Positions 22,548 through 33,961 of a stretch of DNA of 64,000 nucleotides are shown here, in pieces. This DNA is from Prasinococcaceae sp. CCMP 1430 (lineage: Eukaryota; Plantae; Prasinodermophyta). The first letter of the stretch is position 1. Each line of letters begins with the position of its first letter. Location of the stretch: contig RQSC01001165.1 in assembly GCA_013416795.1 (NCBI GenBank), forward strand, positions 64,741 to 128,740. Reading direction: 5' to 3'. The notes beneath the pieces were generated by a model. That model worked only from the letters and a program-made list of their open reading frames with translations, searched no databases and had not been told where the DNA came from. A program made the translations under genes and the position numbers.

Positions 22548-23541
22548 CGGCACGCTGCGGCTGCACGTGTACAACACCTACGAGGGCGCGGCCGCCGATG
22601 GCGGGTCCACGGCGGTCACGCTGCACGTCGTCGGACGCGCGCTGGGATGCGAGGGGCGCTGCCCGCTGTCGAGCGTCGTCGAGCGCGTGGAGGTGGGCTT
22701 CGAGCACGCGGGCGCCGGCGGCAGCGTGCCGCGGAGCGCCACGTGGGCGCCCCCGAACGAGGAGGGCGGCAGCGGCGCGTGCGATCGCATTGAGGTGCGG
22801 CGCGAGGTGGCCGGTGGAGGCAGGGAGTGCGTGGCCAAGATCAGGATCTTCCTTCGGCGAGAGCACAAGTACTTCGTCGCGGCCCCAGCGCTCGCGGCGC
22901 TGCTGGGGATTGCAGAGGACACGCACGCGCGCTTCATGCAAGCGCTCTGGTCGTACTGCCGTGCGCGCGGCCTGGTGTGTGCCGACGATCCCGGCGCGGT
23001 GTCGCTCGACGCGCAGCTGCGCGCGCTGCTGTCGGTGGCAGGCGCGCCCACTTCGCATCCCGAGCTGTGCAAGGGGCGCGCAGCGTTCGCCACGGTGTGC
23101 GCGTACGCGGCGGACCTGCTGTCGGAGGCGCCGCCGGTGAGCATAGAGCACCGGCTCGCGACTGGGAAACAGCAACAGCGGGGCGCGAAGGCCAGCAATG
23201 GTGGCGTCGGCGGCGCGAGCCCCGAAAGCTGCTACGACATCGAGGTCGAGCTCGCTGCTCCGAGCGTGCGAGATGCCGACTCCGATGCTGTCGCCCAGGC
23301 TTGCGACGACGAGCTGAGGGCGCTGTGCGGGCGCATCGAGGGCGCCGCGGCCCGTGCCGCCTTCTTCCGCGCGTTCGAGGCATCGCCAGTGGACTTCATC
23401 AACGCGACTGTCCTCAGCCAGGGCAGGGACCTCCAAGTGGCGGCGGCCAGCGATGCGCGTGCGCGCTCTGCGAGCAGCACCGACGGGTTTGCACAACCGT
23501 GGGCGGCGCGAGCGGCAGACGTGTATCTCAAGCGGCGCTGA
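22548..23541 (+). CDS. SMARCD: SWI/SNF subunit SMARCD/BAF60/SWP73 (SWIB domain); 5' part obscured by the gap
   Basis: TLRLHVYNT; SWIB LAALLGIAEDTHARFMQALWSYCRARGL; CYDIEVEL; FFRAFEASPVDFIN..VLSQGRDL; FAQPW. Confidence 0.85.
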
Positions 23542-23643
23542 GTACTCACCACCCCGTAAACCGAGACGCGCCCCGAGCGACTTCTTGAAACGCGAGCGCA
23601 CGCGCAGCCACATGCGCGGGGACCATAGTCGACGAGACATTTT

Positions 23644-24257
23644 TTACAGGAGTCTCACGGTTGGATCAGGGAGGGTAACATCCTCGTACTCTCCGTCATC
23701 ATAGCGGATCCTGAACTCCTGCGTGTCGTCGTTGAATGACTCCAGAGTGCCAGGGAAGTACACCCCGTAAGCATCCCAGAGGGCCTCCACGCGACGCCCG
23801 ACGCACTCGGCCCCCCACTCGCAGTCCTCAGGGGTGGCTCGCGGCTTGCCCTTGCCCTTCTCCTTGCCGACGGGCGCACTCTTTTTGTTGGACGCGCCGG
23901 CGCCCGACTCGGCCTTTGCCATCGGACCCGTGCTCGCCGCGTCGGCCTTGCTCTTGGCACCATCCGCTCGCTCTTCGAGAGCAACCGCGTCAAGTCTCAG
24001 GCCACGGTGGCGCACGATGTGCGCCTGCAACACGTTGCGCTCCTGGAGAGCAAACACGACCACGTCACCTGTTGAAAGGCGGTGATCGAGGGAAAATCCT
24101 GAACAAAGACGTGCGGAGTGGGCGAGCGCGGCACCTTCGCGTTAGCGCATCTCACGCATCTCGCCCTTCGAGAGGAGGCGCGCGTGCGGGGGGGGGGGGG
24201 GGGGAAGGGGGGGGGGGGGGTGCCACTCGGCGCGCGGGCGGCGGCGCGGGAGGGCAG

Positions 24258-24289
<32 letters not shown>

Positions 24290-25106
24290 AGCGGCTGTGT
24301 GCATGCGGAGTACGGGGCAGAGCAGAACCCACGCGCGCACAGTAGCGAGTAAACCTGAGAGCAGGAGGGGGCGTGGTAGCGGCGAGGCAGTGCGTACCTC
24401 TCCAGCCGCCACTCAGGCCAGCTGCGCCCTTTGGGCGCGGGAGCAGCACGACCGGCCAGCGTGCATCGCTCGGGTCGTTCTCCCGGCTCTTGCCATTTGC
24501 CTCGCGGATGCTTTGGCCTAGCTCCGCGTCGGTCTCTACTGCCTGCAAAAAGATGGTCTCCTTGGCGTACGATGCGAAGGTGGCGTGCGACTCCTTCGGC
24601 AGCTGCATCCAAAAGCCCCCGGACACCTGCGACGGGCTCATCACCTTCACCCACGCTCGCATCGGCTTGAGCTTGGCGACGACGTCATCCGCAGCGCACA
24701 TCGCGTCCACGACAGCGTCCCGTGGGGGCCACACGTCGGCGCCGGCATGCGCCAGGCGCAGCGCGCGCGAGCGCCCGCTCTCTGCACCACCTCCGCCGCG
24801 CCTCCGCCACACTTGGCCCGTGATGTCTGCATAGTCGGTCTGGTTGTACTTCACCTGCAGGGCAGGATTCTCAGACACGCGGCGGCTCTTGCGCTCCGGC
24901 GCCGCGGCCGCGCGCTCGGCGCGGCGCTTGCGCGCAGCCTCCGCCCTCTCGGCTTTCACGGCCTTGCTAGCGCCGCCTGCCCCGCCGGCGGCCGCGCGCC
25001 CCTCTGCGGCCATCGCCCGCGCAAGGTCCTTGAGCATGAGCTCCTCGAGACGCGCGCGATTCTGCGCGACCCGGCGAGCGCGCTCCTCTTCGTACGCATT
25101 GGCCAT
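23644..25106 (-). CDS. B3 DNA-binding domain protein (REM-like) with C-terminal Tudor-like domain; intron 24099-24397
   Basis: YEEERARRVAQNRARLEEL; VKVMSPSQVSGGFWMQLP; spliced GLSGGWRG|FSLDHRLSTGDVVVF; VGRRVEALW..YFPG...IRYDDGEYEDVTLPD. Confidence 0.85.
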
Positions 25107-25710
25107 CTCGCCACCCCCCGCGCTTCAGCGCACGCCGGTGCCCGCGCGCGCGCGCCCACGCGAGCGCAATCCCACGCACGCGCCTGCGCGCCGAGCCCCC
25201 GCGCACCGCCCAGGTGCGCCGCCCGCCCGCTGCTGTGGCGCGGGGCGCCGCGCCGCCGATCGGGTGTGGCGCACCTCCCGTTCGAACGCGGCGGGAAACG
25301 GAAAACGGTTGCTGCGGCGGCCGATGAATGCGCGCCTGCGCGGCGTGGCGCGTGGCCAGCATGGCTGACCCTGGCGGCCCCCGATCATGCTCGCGCTCGA
25401 AGTCTGCGGCATGTACGCCCTCGCGGCGTAGGACCTACGTGCGCGCAGCGGCTGAGCCGACGCAGCACTCGCCGCGACAACCACGCAAGAGCACGGCAAT
25501 GTGGCCAGTTGCGCACTCCGTGGCTATGAACATGTCCTTCACTATTACTGCGAGGCGAGCGCGAGCCACCGCCGCGTCGCTCCTCCTGCCCTCACGCGCA
25601 CCACATGCCTCGTAGTGGCTCGCCAAAATGCTCGGCCTGCACTTTCTGAGAGGACTCGCGTCGCCGCGCGCGAGGCGAGGCGCGCGAGGCGCTCGCCGTC
25701 TACCCCCGCG

Positions 25711-26262
25711 TCACCCGCTGCCGGCCGTGAGGCGCTGTATGAGCTCCTCTCGCCCCCCGGCCGCGCTCTTCCCCGTGGCTTTGCAGAGCGCCCTCAGCTG
25801 CGCGTGCGTGTACGCGCCGAGGGCCGCTTCGCTAAAGAGGCCACCCACGCACGCATCCACTGTCGACGGGTCCGCTCCATCCGCCCCATCCCGCCCGCTG
25901 CCCAGCACGCCGTGGGCGACACCGAGATCCTCCGCGAGCTGCCTCGCCACCACCGCCGCTACCGCCGCGCGGCCCGCCTCGGCGGCGGCGTGTGCGCTCC
26001 CAGGCGAGCGCTGCGCGCGCGCGGCAGCCGCTGCGGCGGCCTTGCGCTGCCTTTCCATCGCTTCCCGCGCGTCAGCCGAGTGTGACGCAGCAGCCGCCGG
26101 CAGGCCCGCCGGCCGCCGCTCCGCCCACCCACCCTCGCCGCCGCGCCGCGCTGACGCGTCGCGCACAATCGCACTACGTTTGACCTTCAAGCCTGAAAGG
26201 GAAATCGCATCAACTTTGACCTCTTTTTCCAACCGCTGTGGGCGCTGCTGCTCGACTCTCAT
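25711..26262 (-). CDS. Small SAP-domain protein
   Basis: C-terminal YTHAQLRALCKATGKSAAGGREELIQRL fits the SAP consensus; start at 26262 or 26058. Confidence 0.6.
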   Translation of the reverse strand: MRVEQQRPQRLEKEVKVDAISLSGLKVKRSAIVRDASARRGGEGGWAERRPAGLPAAAASHSADAREAMERQRKAAAAAAARAQRSPGSAHAAAEAGRAAVAAVVARQLAEDLGVAHGVLGSGRDGADGADPSTVDACVGGLFSEAALGAYTHAQLRALCKATGKSAAGGREELIQRLTAGSG

Positions 26263-26271
26263 CGGTGCTCC

Positions 26272-28632
26272 TCACTTTTTCCCGACGTGAAACCACCACT
26301 GCCAGGCGGCGGCGATGAGGCGGTAGAGGACCGTCATGGCTATCAGGACGCCCGAGTTGCCCCAGATGTCGCGACCCGGAACGCCCGCTCCGATGTCGTA
26401 CAGAGTGAGCACATCGTCTCCCGGGACGGACTCCTGGCCTGGCTCGCAGAAGCTCAGCGTGCTGCTCTGGGTGCACGCGAAGCTGGCGCCCTCGAATTCG
26501 TTGGTCATGAAGCTCGCGAAGCTGTAACTGTGAAACCCAACCCAGTGCAGCCATCTCCACCACCAGCCGATCTTGTCGAGCGTGATGAAGAAGCCCTGCA
26601 CCACCACTGCAAGTGTCAGAGGCGCGCGCGGGCGCGCGAGCGGTCAGCAAGGTCAGCGCCCGCGTCTGGCCCCACGAGGCGGCGAGGAGCGCTCGCCTTT
26701 CCTTCCTTCCGTGGATACCACGCTTCGTCGTGCGCGCGGGGGAGCGCGGCGAGGGGCGCGCACGCACTGAAGGTCCCGTAGATGAAAGCACCCACGGCGA
26801 TGCCCACGACGAAAAAGGGCACAATGCTGGCGACAACGAACATCAAGGCCTCAGCGCACGCAAAGGATATGAAGAGGTTCCACACGAAGAAGAAGAAGGC
26901 GTTGACGTCCGAGTTAAGGCCGATGAGCCAGTACGTTATCGACGAGCAGATGAGCGACAGCAGAAAGAGGAAGGGGAGCGATACGATGGCGTTAGCCACG
27001 TTGTACGCGGCCACCCCGTACGTGCCGTTCGCCCGGTCGCGGATGAAGATCAGCTTGTCCTCGAGATACGCCGGAAGGACGCTGATGCTCATGAACACCT
27101 TGAAAGCCGCGATGAAGAACAGGACGTTGACAATGTCTTGGATGTCGTCGGCCTGCGTGCCTATTTGCAGCCACACTGTTCCAATCATGATACCCAGAGC
27201 GATGTACTGCGACGAGCGCGCGGCCACGGGCGTGAGCACGGGGGCGTGGGCGCAGCGCGCGGCGAGTGCGCAGGCCGGGCACATGCGCGCTTGCAGGCGC
27301 GCGTGCGCGCTCGCGCGGCTTTGCACTGCGCCCGGGCGTGCGTACCATAGCAAAGCGGAGCCACATGTACGCTGGGTTCCTCACCACGTTGACGAGCATG
27401 AGGCGGGAAAGCACCACCGTCTGCCATAGAATGGAAGAGTCAGAGCTGCTCCCAGCGGTCAGTAGCGTCCACAGAGGTGCCTGGAAGCCCCTCGCCTCGC
27501 TCTCCTTCAGTGCTGTGTCCACCGCATCGCCTTTACCCGTACTGAGCACGGCGTCGAGCAGGTGCTTCGCCTCGGAGCTGTCGTAGGCGTCCAGAATTTC
27601 ATCGACAGTCTCGTGCTCCTGAAAAGAGGTGTCCACCAGGTCGAGCATCCATTCGGCGCCGCTCGTGAGGGGCGGCACCTTGTGACCGAGTCCGGTGAAG
27701 TGGTCGACGGCGTTGGCCGTCAGGCCGAAGTATGCCGTGCGGCCGCCCGAGAGCAGCAGCAGCCCGTTGCTGAGATCGAAGACCTTCTCGCCCGGCTGAT
27801 GGATGGTGAGCACGGTGGTCGTCCCGAGCGTCTTGGCCACCTCGTTCAGGGAGCGCACGACGTGGAGCGCGGCCGCCGAGTCCAGGCCACTCGTGGGCTC
27901 GTCCAAGAAGATGATGCGCGGGCGCGCGACGAGCTGCACACCGACCGACACGCGCCGCTTTTGCCCACCGGAGAGCCCGCGGAAGAGCAGGCCGCCGATC
28001 TTGGTGTCCGCCTGGTCGTCGAGGCCCATGGCGCCCATCGCGGCTCGCGCCCGCTCGCGCGCCTCCGCCTCGTCCCACGGACAGTACATCCGGGCGTAGT
28101 AGAGCAGCGTTTCGTGCGTCGTGAGCGCCGCCGAGAGGACGTCGTCCTGCTGCACGTACTTGGCCACGGTCTTGAAGGTCAGCTCGTCCTTTGGCTCGCC
28201 GTCGACGGTCACGCCGCCCGTGACCCTCAGCTTGACGCGGTCCGCCAGCGCGTCCAGAAGCGAGCTCTTCCCCGCGCCCGATGGGCCCATGAGAAAGAGC
28301 ACGCAGCCGGGCTTGGCAGCGCCGCTCACACCGTCGAGGATGCGCTTGTAGCCTCCGTCTGGCGTATGCACGCCGAAGCTGATGTCGCGGAAGCGCAGCC
28401 ACGCGCCGCCAGCGCTGAGGCTCTGCGAGCCGCAGCGATGCGCCACGCCGTTCCCATCGAACGACGTCGCGCTCGAAGACGCCGACACAGCCACGGGTGC
28501 ACCGTCGCCGCCTGTCGGCGTGCTGCCGCCGCGGCCGCCAGCCCCGCTCGGTGCGATAGCGCCGTGGTCGCTGCCGCCGCCGACAGTGCCGAGCTCGATC
28601 ACGTGCGTCCCGCCATCGTCACCGGAGGCCAT
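26272..28632 (-). CDS. ABCG half-size transporter (White/WBC type); introns 27207-27345 and 26607-26767
   Basis: Walker A GPSGAGKS; LSGGQKRRV; FLDEPTSGLDS; TIHQP; NBD followed by TMD (RDRANGTY, VQGFF). Confidence 0.93.
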
Positions 28633-29670
28633 GCCGCGCGGCGCGGCGTGGCGCAATCGCGCGTGGCGGCTCCACGTGCACGCTGGGCGGCGCAGCGGCA
28701 AATTGCCAAGCTCTCAGCAAATTGACGGCAATGCCCCGCGCACACGCCTTGCGCGCTGTGCTGCGCCCTCTGGCCGCCGCTCCTCTTCACCCCCCCCCCC
28801 CACCCCACACACCTCTCTCCCTGCGCCACTGTGGCGGCGCCCATCTGGGGCCCCACCTGCGGGCTCCGCCCCGCCCCCGCGCGCCGCGCGCCCCGCTGCG
28901 AATGGCGACCGCGACATTCACCAGATCATTCAGCTGCGCCGCGCCTCACGCCGCCCGCCGCGCCGCATCACGTGACGGCCGCGCCGACGGCGCCCGCCAT
29001 CACCTCGCCGCCCGCCGCAAATAACGTCACATCCACATCACGTCACCGTCACAGCGTTTGATGCACATCAAAGCACATCGCATCGCAACATCACATCGCC
29101 TCGCACGCGGCATTGCCGCAGAGGGGCCCGGGCGCGACCCGCAGTGCGCGATGCGAGCAATTCAATTCAATGAACGGCTGCGTCAGCGGGCCGCCAACGC
29201 CCAGACGGCTGCGCCAAAATGCTATAATAAGAAAAGTAGAGGACATGTAACCACGGGCGACTGAAGTGTTCGATGCGGGCCGATCGCGCCGAGCGGGATT
29301 TTTTGGCGCGCGCGCGGCGATGCGCGTAGGCGCGTGCGCGCACGCGTGCGGGCACACAGCGTGCGACGCCTGCGGCAGGCGGGGTGGGGGCAACGACGCG
29401 CCGCACGTGGGCAGCGGAAGGGGTGGAGGTGGCAGTACGAGGCTGCCGGGGCCGCCAATTCGGGCGCAAGAGGCGCCTCCCCGCCCCCTCGACGCTGCGC
29501 ACGCGCGCACGCGCGCAGAATTGTAACGGCGCGCTCGCGGTCGCGCACCCGAAGCGTGTGGTCAGCCAAGGCGCGGCGCCTCCCTCGCGGCGCGGGGAGG
29601 GACATCGCCAGGTCGCCAGGGGTTGACGCTCCTAGACCGCTGCCGCGCCCCCGTGCCCCCCTCGCCTACC

Positions 29671-32128
29671 ATGCCGTACGACACCACCGACGCGGGGGTG
29701 CGCTGGGCTTTAGAGCTCGCGCAGGCGGTCGTCGCGTGCGAATCTGTCCCTGAAACTCCAGCAACGGCAGCAGCTGCTACCAGACTGGGGGAGCATGGCC
29801 GCGCGGCCCTCGCGGGCATGATTTCCTGCGCTCCGGCCGGGGTGCAGCCGGTCGGAGAGCTGGCTGATCTCGCCCTCGTGTGCACGGTGCAGCCTGGCAA
29901 CAGGCTGGCGTGCCGCGCATGCGTCTCAGGTATGTGGGCGCCAAGATGCTTCTCGCTAGCTAGCTAGCTTTCACACACACGCTTGCGTCTTCCTGCACTG
30001 TAATCGCACCCTTAGCAGCAGCAGCAGCAGCAGCTTCGATGCGATGCCGGCGACCTAACACGTGCAAGCGCGCGTGCACGCGCACCCACTCCATGCCATT
30101 GCCAGGCAAGGGGATGAAGCTCGCGAGCCCGGCAGCGTTATGGCAACACTCCGCAAGCTTTGGGGACGACCAGCACAAGGCCATCCATGAGATGGTGCAC
30201 CTGCTCGGGTGGGAGCAGGGTAGTGCGCGGTCTTTGATGTACGCGCGCGGGCCAGCCCCCGTGAGGGACGTGCCAGACGGTGGCGCGTCCGGCGCCTCCG
30301 CGTCCGAACCGGACGACCCTGATGTGCGCGATCAGCTCAAGGAGTACGAGGCCAACCCCGCTGGAGGGCCAAGGCACGAAGCTCAGGCGGTCGCAAGACA
30401 GTGTGCTGATGGAAAGCTACAATGTCGCGCATGCTTCGGGGCCAGGGCGACCGTGAGCGGCCTGGTTGGGCTTCAGCAACATGCGTCTGCACCGAGGTTC
30501 GCCTCTTGTAGGCGCCATCGTGCGATAAAATTCTGGCTCGAGAGGGCAGGGTACTCACCGGGGTCGATTCGCGTCGAGCCCACAAGCAAGGCCAACCGGA
30601 TTGTACTACCGCCACCTCAGCAGCAGCCGACCACCAAGAGAGCGCGCACGTCTTCGCAAGGTCCAGCAACGCGCACGGAGTTGACTCTCTCGTCCAGCGG
30701 TCACGTGGTGTGGCCACCCGTTGTTGTTATCCACAATCTACCGACCAAAAGCTTCCCTTTGTTGATCGTCGACGCGGATGGGAGCCCGCATGACTTGGCG
30801 GTGCAGCCTTGGCACACCCGCGCGGGTAGGAACGGGTCCACGGTGTGTTGGTTCCACAACGAAGAGGTGAGTGTGATGCCTTTGCCTGCTATGTCGCAGG
30901 ACATGCACACATTCCTGTAGCTGACGACTGCCGATTGCGTGACAAGGAGCGCGAGCTCGCCACTACGAGCACGTCACTGCAAGGGCAGCGGGTGCCGACG
31001 CGCCTTCAATCGCGTCTGTATGTCAAGCAGGACACCAACGAGTTATACGGTGCGCAGGACGTCATGAACATGGTCGCCGCCACGGCGGGACTAGAGGACG
31101 CACGGCTCGCGAAGACTCCGAAACTGCTCTGGCGTGGCGCGAACGGCGCGGCCGACGCACGCGGGTGCGCGCTCTTGTTCTTCGATGATAATGTTGACTC
31201 CCTGGAGGCGATGCGCAAGCTCACGCATGCAGCGGAGACTATGGAAAGCGGTCGCGCGGACTGGGAAGCAGAACAGCGCAGACAAAGGAGTCGGCGAGCC
31301 CCGCCGAACAGGATGTTCGTCTTTCGTGGCAGTCTGGCGGATCTCGAAGACGTCGACCCGCACAGGAGCACGAAATGGGCGACTGCCCCACAGCAGGAGG
31401 TGGAGGAGACGATGAAGAGGATTCAACAGGAACACGAGGAAAGGCGTGAGCAGAAGATCGCGGCGGAACGCGAAGAGGTAGAGAAGCGCTACGCGAATGA
31501 GATGGCGTCCCTCGCGTCGAAAATGGAGTCGCTTGAATCGAGGAAGATGGAAGAGCTCCAAAAACTCGAGCAGTCCTATGGTGCCAAGCTCGCAGCAAAG
31601 GATGGCGAGCTGGCGATGAAGGATGGCGAGCTGGCGAAAAAAGATCAGGAAATCGATGATGTGGAAGAAGGTACGGACGGGCGCAACTAGTCGCGTGCAT
31701 GCGATTGCAAACCCTGAGGAGAGCTCCGTGTTGCGCCCCATTCGTTTCTCTCGGCGTGATCGATGCCATCAGTGCGAGCACGGCTTGCACCTGACAAAGC
31801 TTGGCGCGGACTGTCTCGCCTAACGCCTGGCCATGACTGTCCAAACGAAGAGTACACACACACCACGGTGTTCATCGGCAGGCTGCAGGACAAGCTGGAA
31901 GATATGAAGGCAGCGTATGATCGTGTCGTGGAAGTTGGGACGATCGATTTCTCGGCGCAGCGAAAGAGTGACTTCCAAAGCTTCGCAAAGGATCTGACGC
32001 AGGCTGTCGAAGAACGCCACGAGGAGCGAACACGACGACGACAGCTGTCGCTGGACGCGAAGGCGATGGCAAGGTCAGTACGATTGCCCGCATGGGCGGA
32101 GCACGCGCTGAATCAACGGCGCGAGTGA
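29671..32128 (+). CDS. SGS3-like protein (two zf-XS-like zinc fingers, XS domain, coiled coil); intron 29930-30105, further donors at 30867 and 31671 with uncertain acceptors
   Basis: CRAC-x16-H-x8-H and CRAC-x15-H-x11-H; VVWPPVVVIHN; RGCALLFFDDNVDSLEAMRKL...GRADW...RMFVFRGSLADLE; C-terminal coiled coil. The 3' exon structure is uncertain. Confidence 0.65.
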
Positions 32129-32306
32129 GTAGGAGGGCTCCTACAACGCCGTCGTAATCCAAACCATATGGAACCGCTCAGCAACTTACACAGGACGACC
32201 ACAGCCCTACGCGCCCTCCGTGTACGCGCCTGCTATGTCTGCGGTCGCGTTACCCTCTCTCAGTTCTCCGCCATCCTTATTAGCGGCTCGATGGATCGCT
32301 TGCAGC

Positions 32307-33956
32307 CTAGTCATCCCCAAGGAGCATGATGCTAGGGTGAGGAACGGGGACTCCTTCCTCGAAGGAGCCATCATCGTATGATATGGTGTAGAGTCCGCTC
32401 TTCGCATTGAAGTGCGACAGGAAACCCTCAGACCACTCTTTCTCGCGATTCCAGTATGCTCTCACGCGCTGGCCAACGTAGATGGGCGTGGGCTTGGTCC
32501 TTGGGTGCTTTACCGGAGTGCTCGGTGCATGGTCAGGTGCGCACGCCCTCTTGGTGACGAGCGGCTGCTTTGTCGGCGTGTGCTTTTCGGGCATGACTTG
32601 TATGTCCGGATCGGGGAGCGTGACCTCCTCCTCATCGCCGTCGTCGTACTCGATCTTGTACGCGACACACGAAGACTTGTGCAGCTCACCCCAGTAGCAA
32701 GAGCGTTCGTTTCTCCAGTAAACACGTACCCTGCATCCGACCAGGTCCGCATAATCGCGAGCTGAACTGTCGTGCCCGTCATCAGCAGCGCCTCCCTCCC
32801 ACAGGGTGATCTCCTCGTCGGGCAGGGTCACCTCCTCAGTCTCTCCATCGTCGTAGACGATAGTGTAGGCAGTGAAGGTGGAGCTGGCAAGTGTGCCCCA
32901 AAAGTTCATCCCTTCCTGCTTCCAGAATACGCAGACTCTTGAACCTGCAAGGTCCTCTGCGCTGCAGTGTGGCGACGGCGGTCTTGGCGTCCTCTCGGCC
33001 GCGACAGCAGCAACTGCGGCGTTGCTCTCGTCCTCAGCCGCATATCGCGTGCGCTTGAGGTACCTGAAGCCGTTGTCGGCCTCGTACGTCCCCACGACGT
33101 CGCTCGGCAGTCTCCTCCTTGGCTCCCACGTGCAATGAGACGCGTCATATCCCTTCCACTTGACCAGAAACTCGACAATCTTCTTGGACGGGTTGGATCG
33201 GCGCCCAATGATGCTCTCAACTTCGTACAGGCCGTCTTGTCCCTCTTGCTCGCAAGTCTCCTGACCGTCTCCCTCGTCACGGCCCTGAGCTGTCTCGCCG
33301 AACGTATCTTCTCCTGACTCTGATGTCGAGGAGGACCCTGGGCCTGACCACTCCGGCACAACAACCTGGCCAGGGGCACCCTGCCTGAGGATCTCAGAGT
33401 CGGCCACGTCCGGGAAGGGGACCTCTTCCTCCAGCTCCGCACTCCTCTCAGTGTCCAGGATGCGTACAAGCGGCACCGAGGGTGGAAAGGCCAAATCGGG
33501 CAGCTCGCAGAATCCAGCCGCACTCGGCGCGCTGGCTGGCGCATCATCCCCGATGCCCTGGCGGTCCGCACTTCCGTCGCTCGATCCTTCCAAGCACAGC
33601 ACCAGCGACGACGAAGGCGAGCAGGCATGAACCTGCACTTCACCTCGCACAAAGCCCGTGAAGTCCAATTGGACGTATGCCGCGTTGCGGCTGGCTTCTT
33701 CTGCGAACGTGCGGAAGCCACAGCCAAGTAACAGGCCATGGTCGACCTGCCGGACCGCCACGGGCCAGACACGGCAGGGCCAGTGACCCGCCATCTTGAG
33801 CAGCACGAGCCTCGTGTCTGCTGTGACGCCAGTCACCACGGGGGGTGACTGAAGTGCATCAGCAAGATTGATTGTGACACGCGGCTCGTGCTGCTCAAGA
33901 TGCCGGGTCACTGGCCCTGCCATGTCTGGCCCGCGGCGGTCCGGCAGGTCGACCAT
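32307..33956 (-). CDS. Chromodomain + three Tudor-like domains (putative methyl-histone reader)
   Basis: YEVESIIGRR...EFLVKWKGYDASHCTWEP; three G.RV.VYW...YDDG..E.V.(L/V)P units. Confidence 0.8.
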   Translation of the reverse strand: MVDLPDRRGPDMAGPVTRHLEQHEPRVTINLADALQSPPVVTGVTADTRLVLLKMAGHWPCRVWPVAVRQVDHGLLLGCGFRTFAEEASRNAAYVQLDFTGFVRGEVQVHACSPSSSLVLCLEGSSDGSADRQGIGDDAPASAPSAAGFCELPDLAFPPSVPLVRILDTERSAELEEEVPFPDVADSEILRQGAPGQVVVPEWSGPGSSSTSESGEDTFGETAQGRDEGDGQETCEQEGQDGLYEVESIIGRRSNPSKKIVEFLVKWKGYDASHCTWEPRRRLPSDVVGTYEADNGFRYLKRTRYAAEDESNAAVAAVAAERTPRPPSPHCSAEDLAGSRVCVFWKQEGMNFWGTLASSTFTAYTIVYDDGETEEVTLPDEEITLWEGGAADDGHDSSARDYADLVGCRVRVYWRNERSCYWGELHKSSCVAYKIEYDDGDEEEVTLPDPDIQVMPEKHTPTKQPLVTKRACAPDHAPSTPVKHPRTKPTPIYVGQRVRAYWNREKEWSEGFLSHFNAKSGLYTISYDDGSFEEGVPVPHPSIMLLGDD

Positions 33957-33961
33957 CGCCT
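33733..33961. repeat. Long inverted repeat (arms 33733-33818 and 33876-33961; 57-nt loop)
   Basis: Arms are reverse complements with 5 mismatches in 86 bp; inner 8-bp stem at 33830-33837/33844-33851. Confidence 0.95.

Noticed and set aside
29058-29071. Perfect bacterial FNR box TTGAT-N4-ATCAA
   Set aside because: The context is eukaryotic and intron-containing with no bacterial operon; kept only as a palindrome
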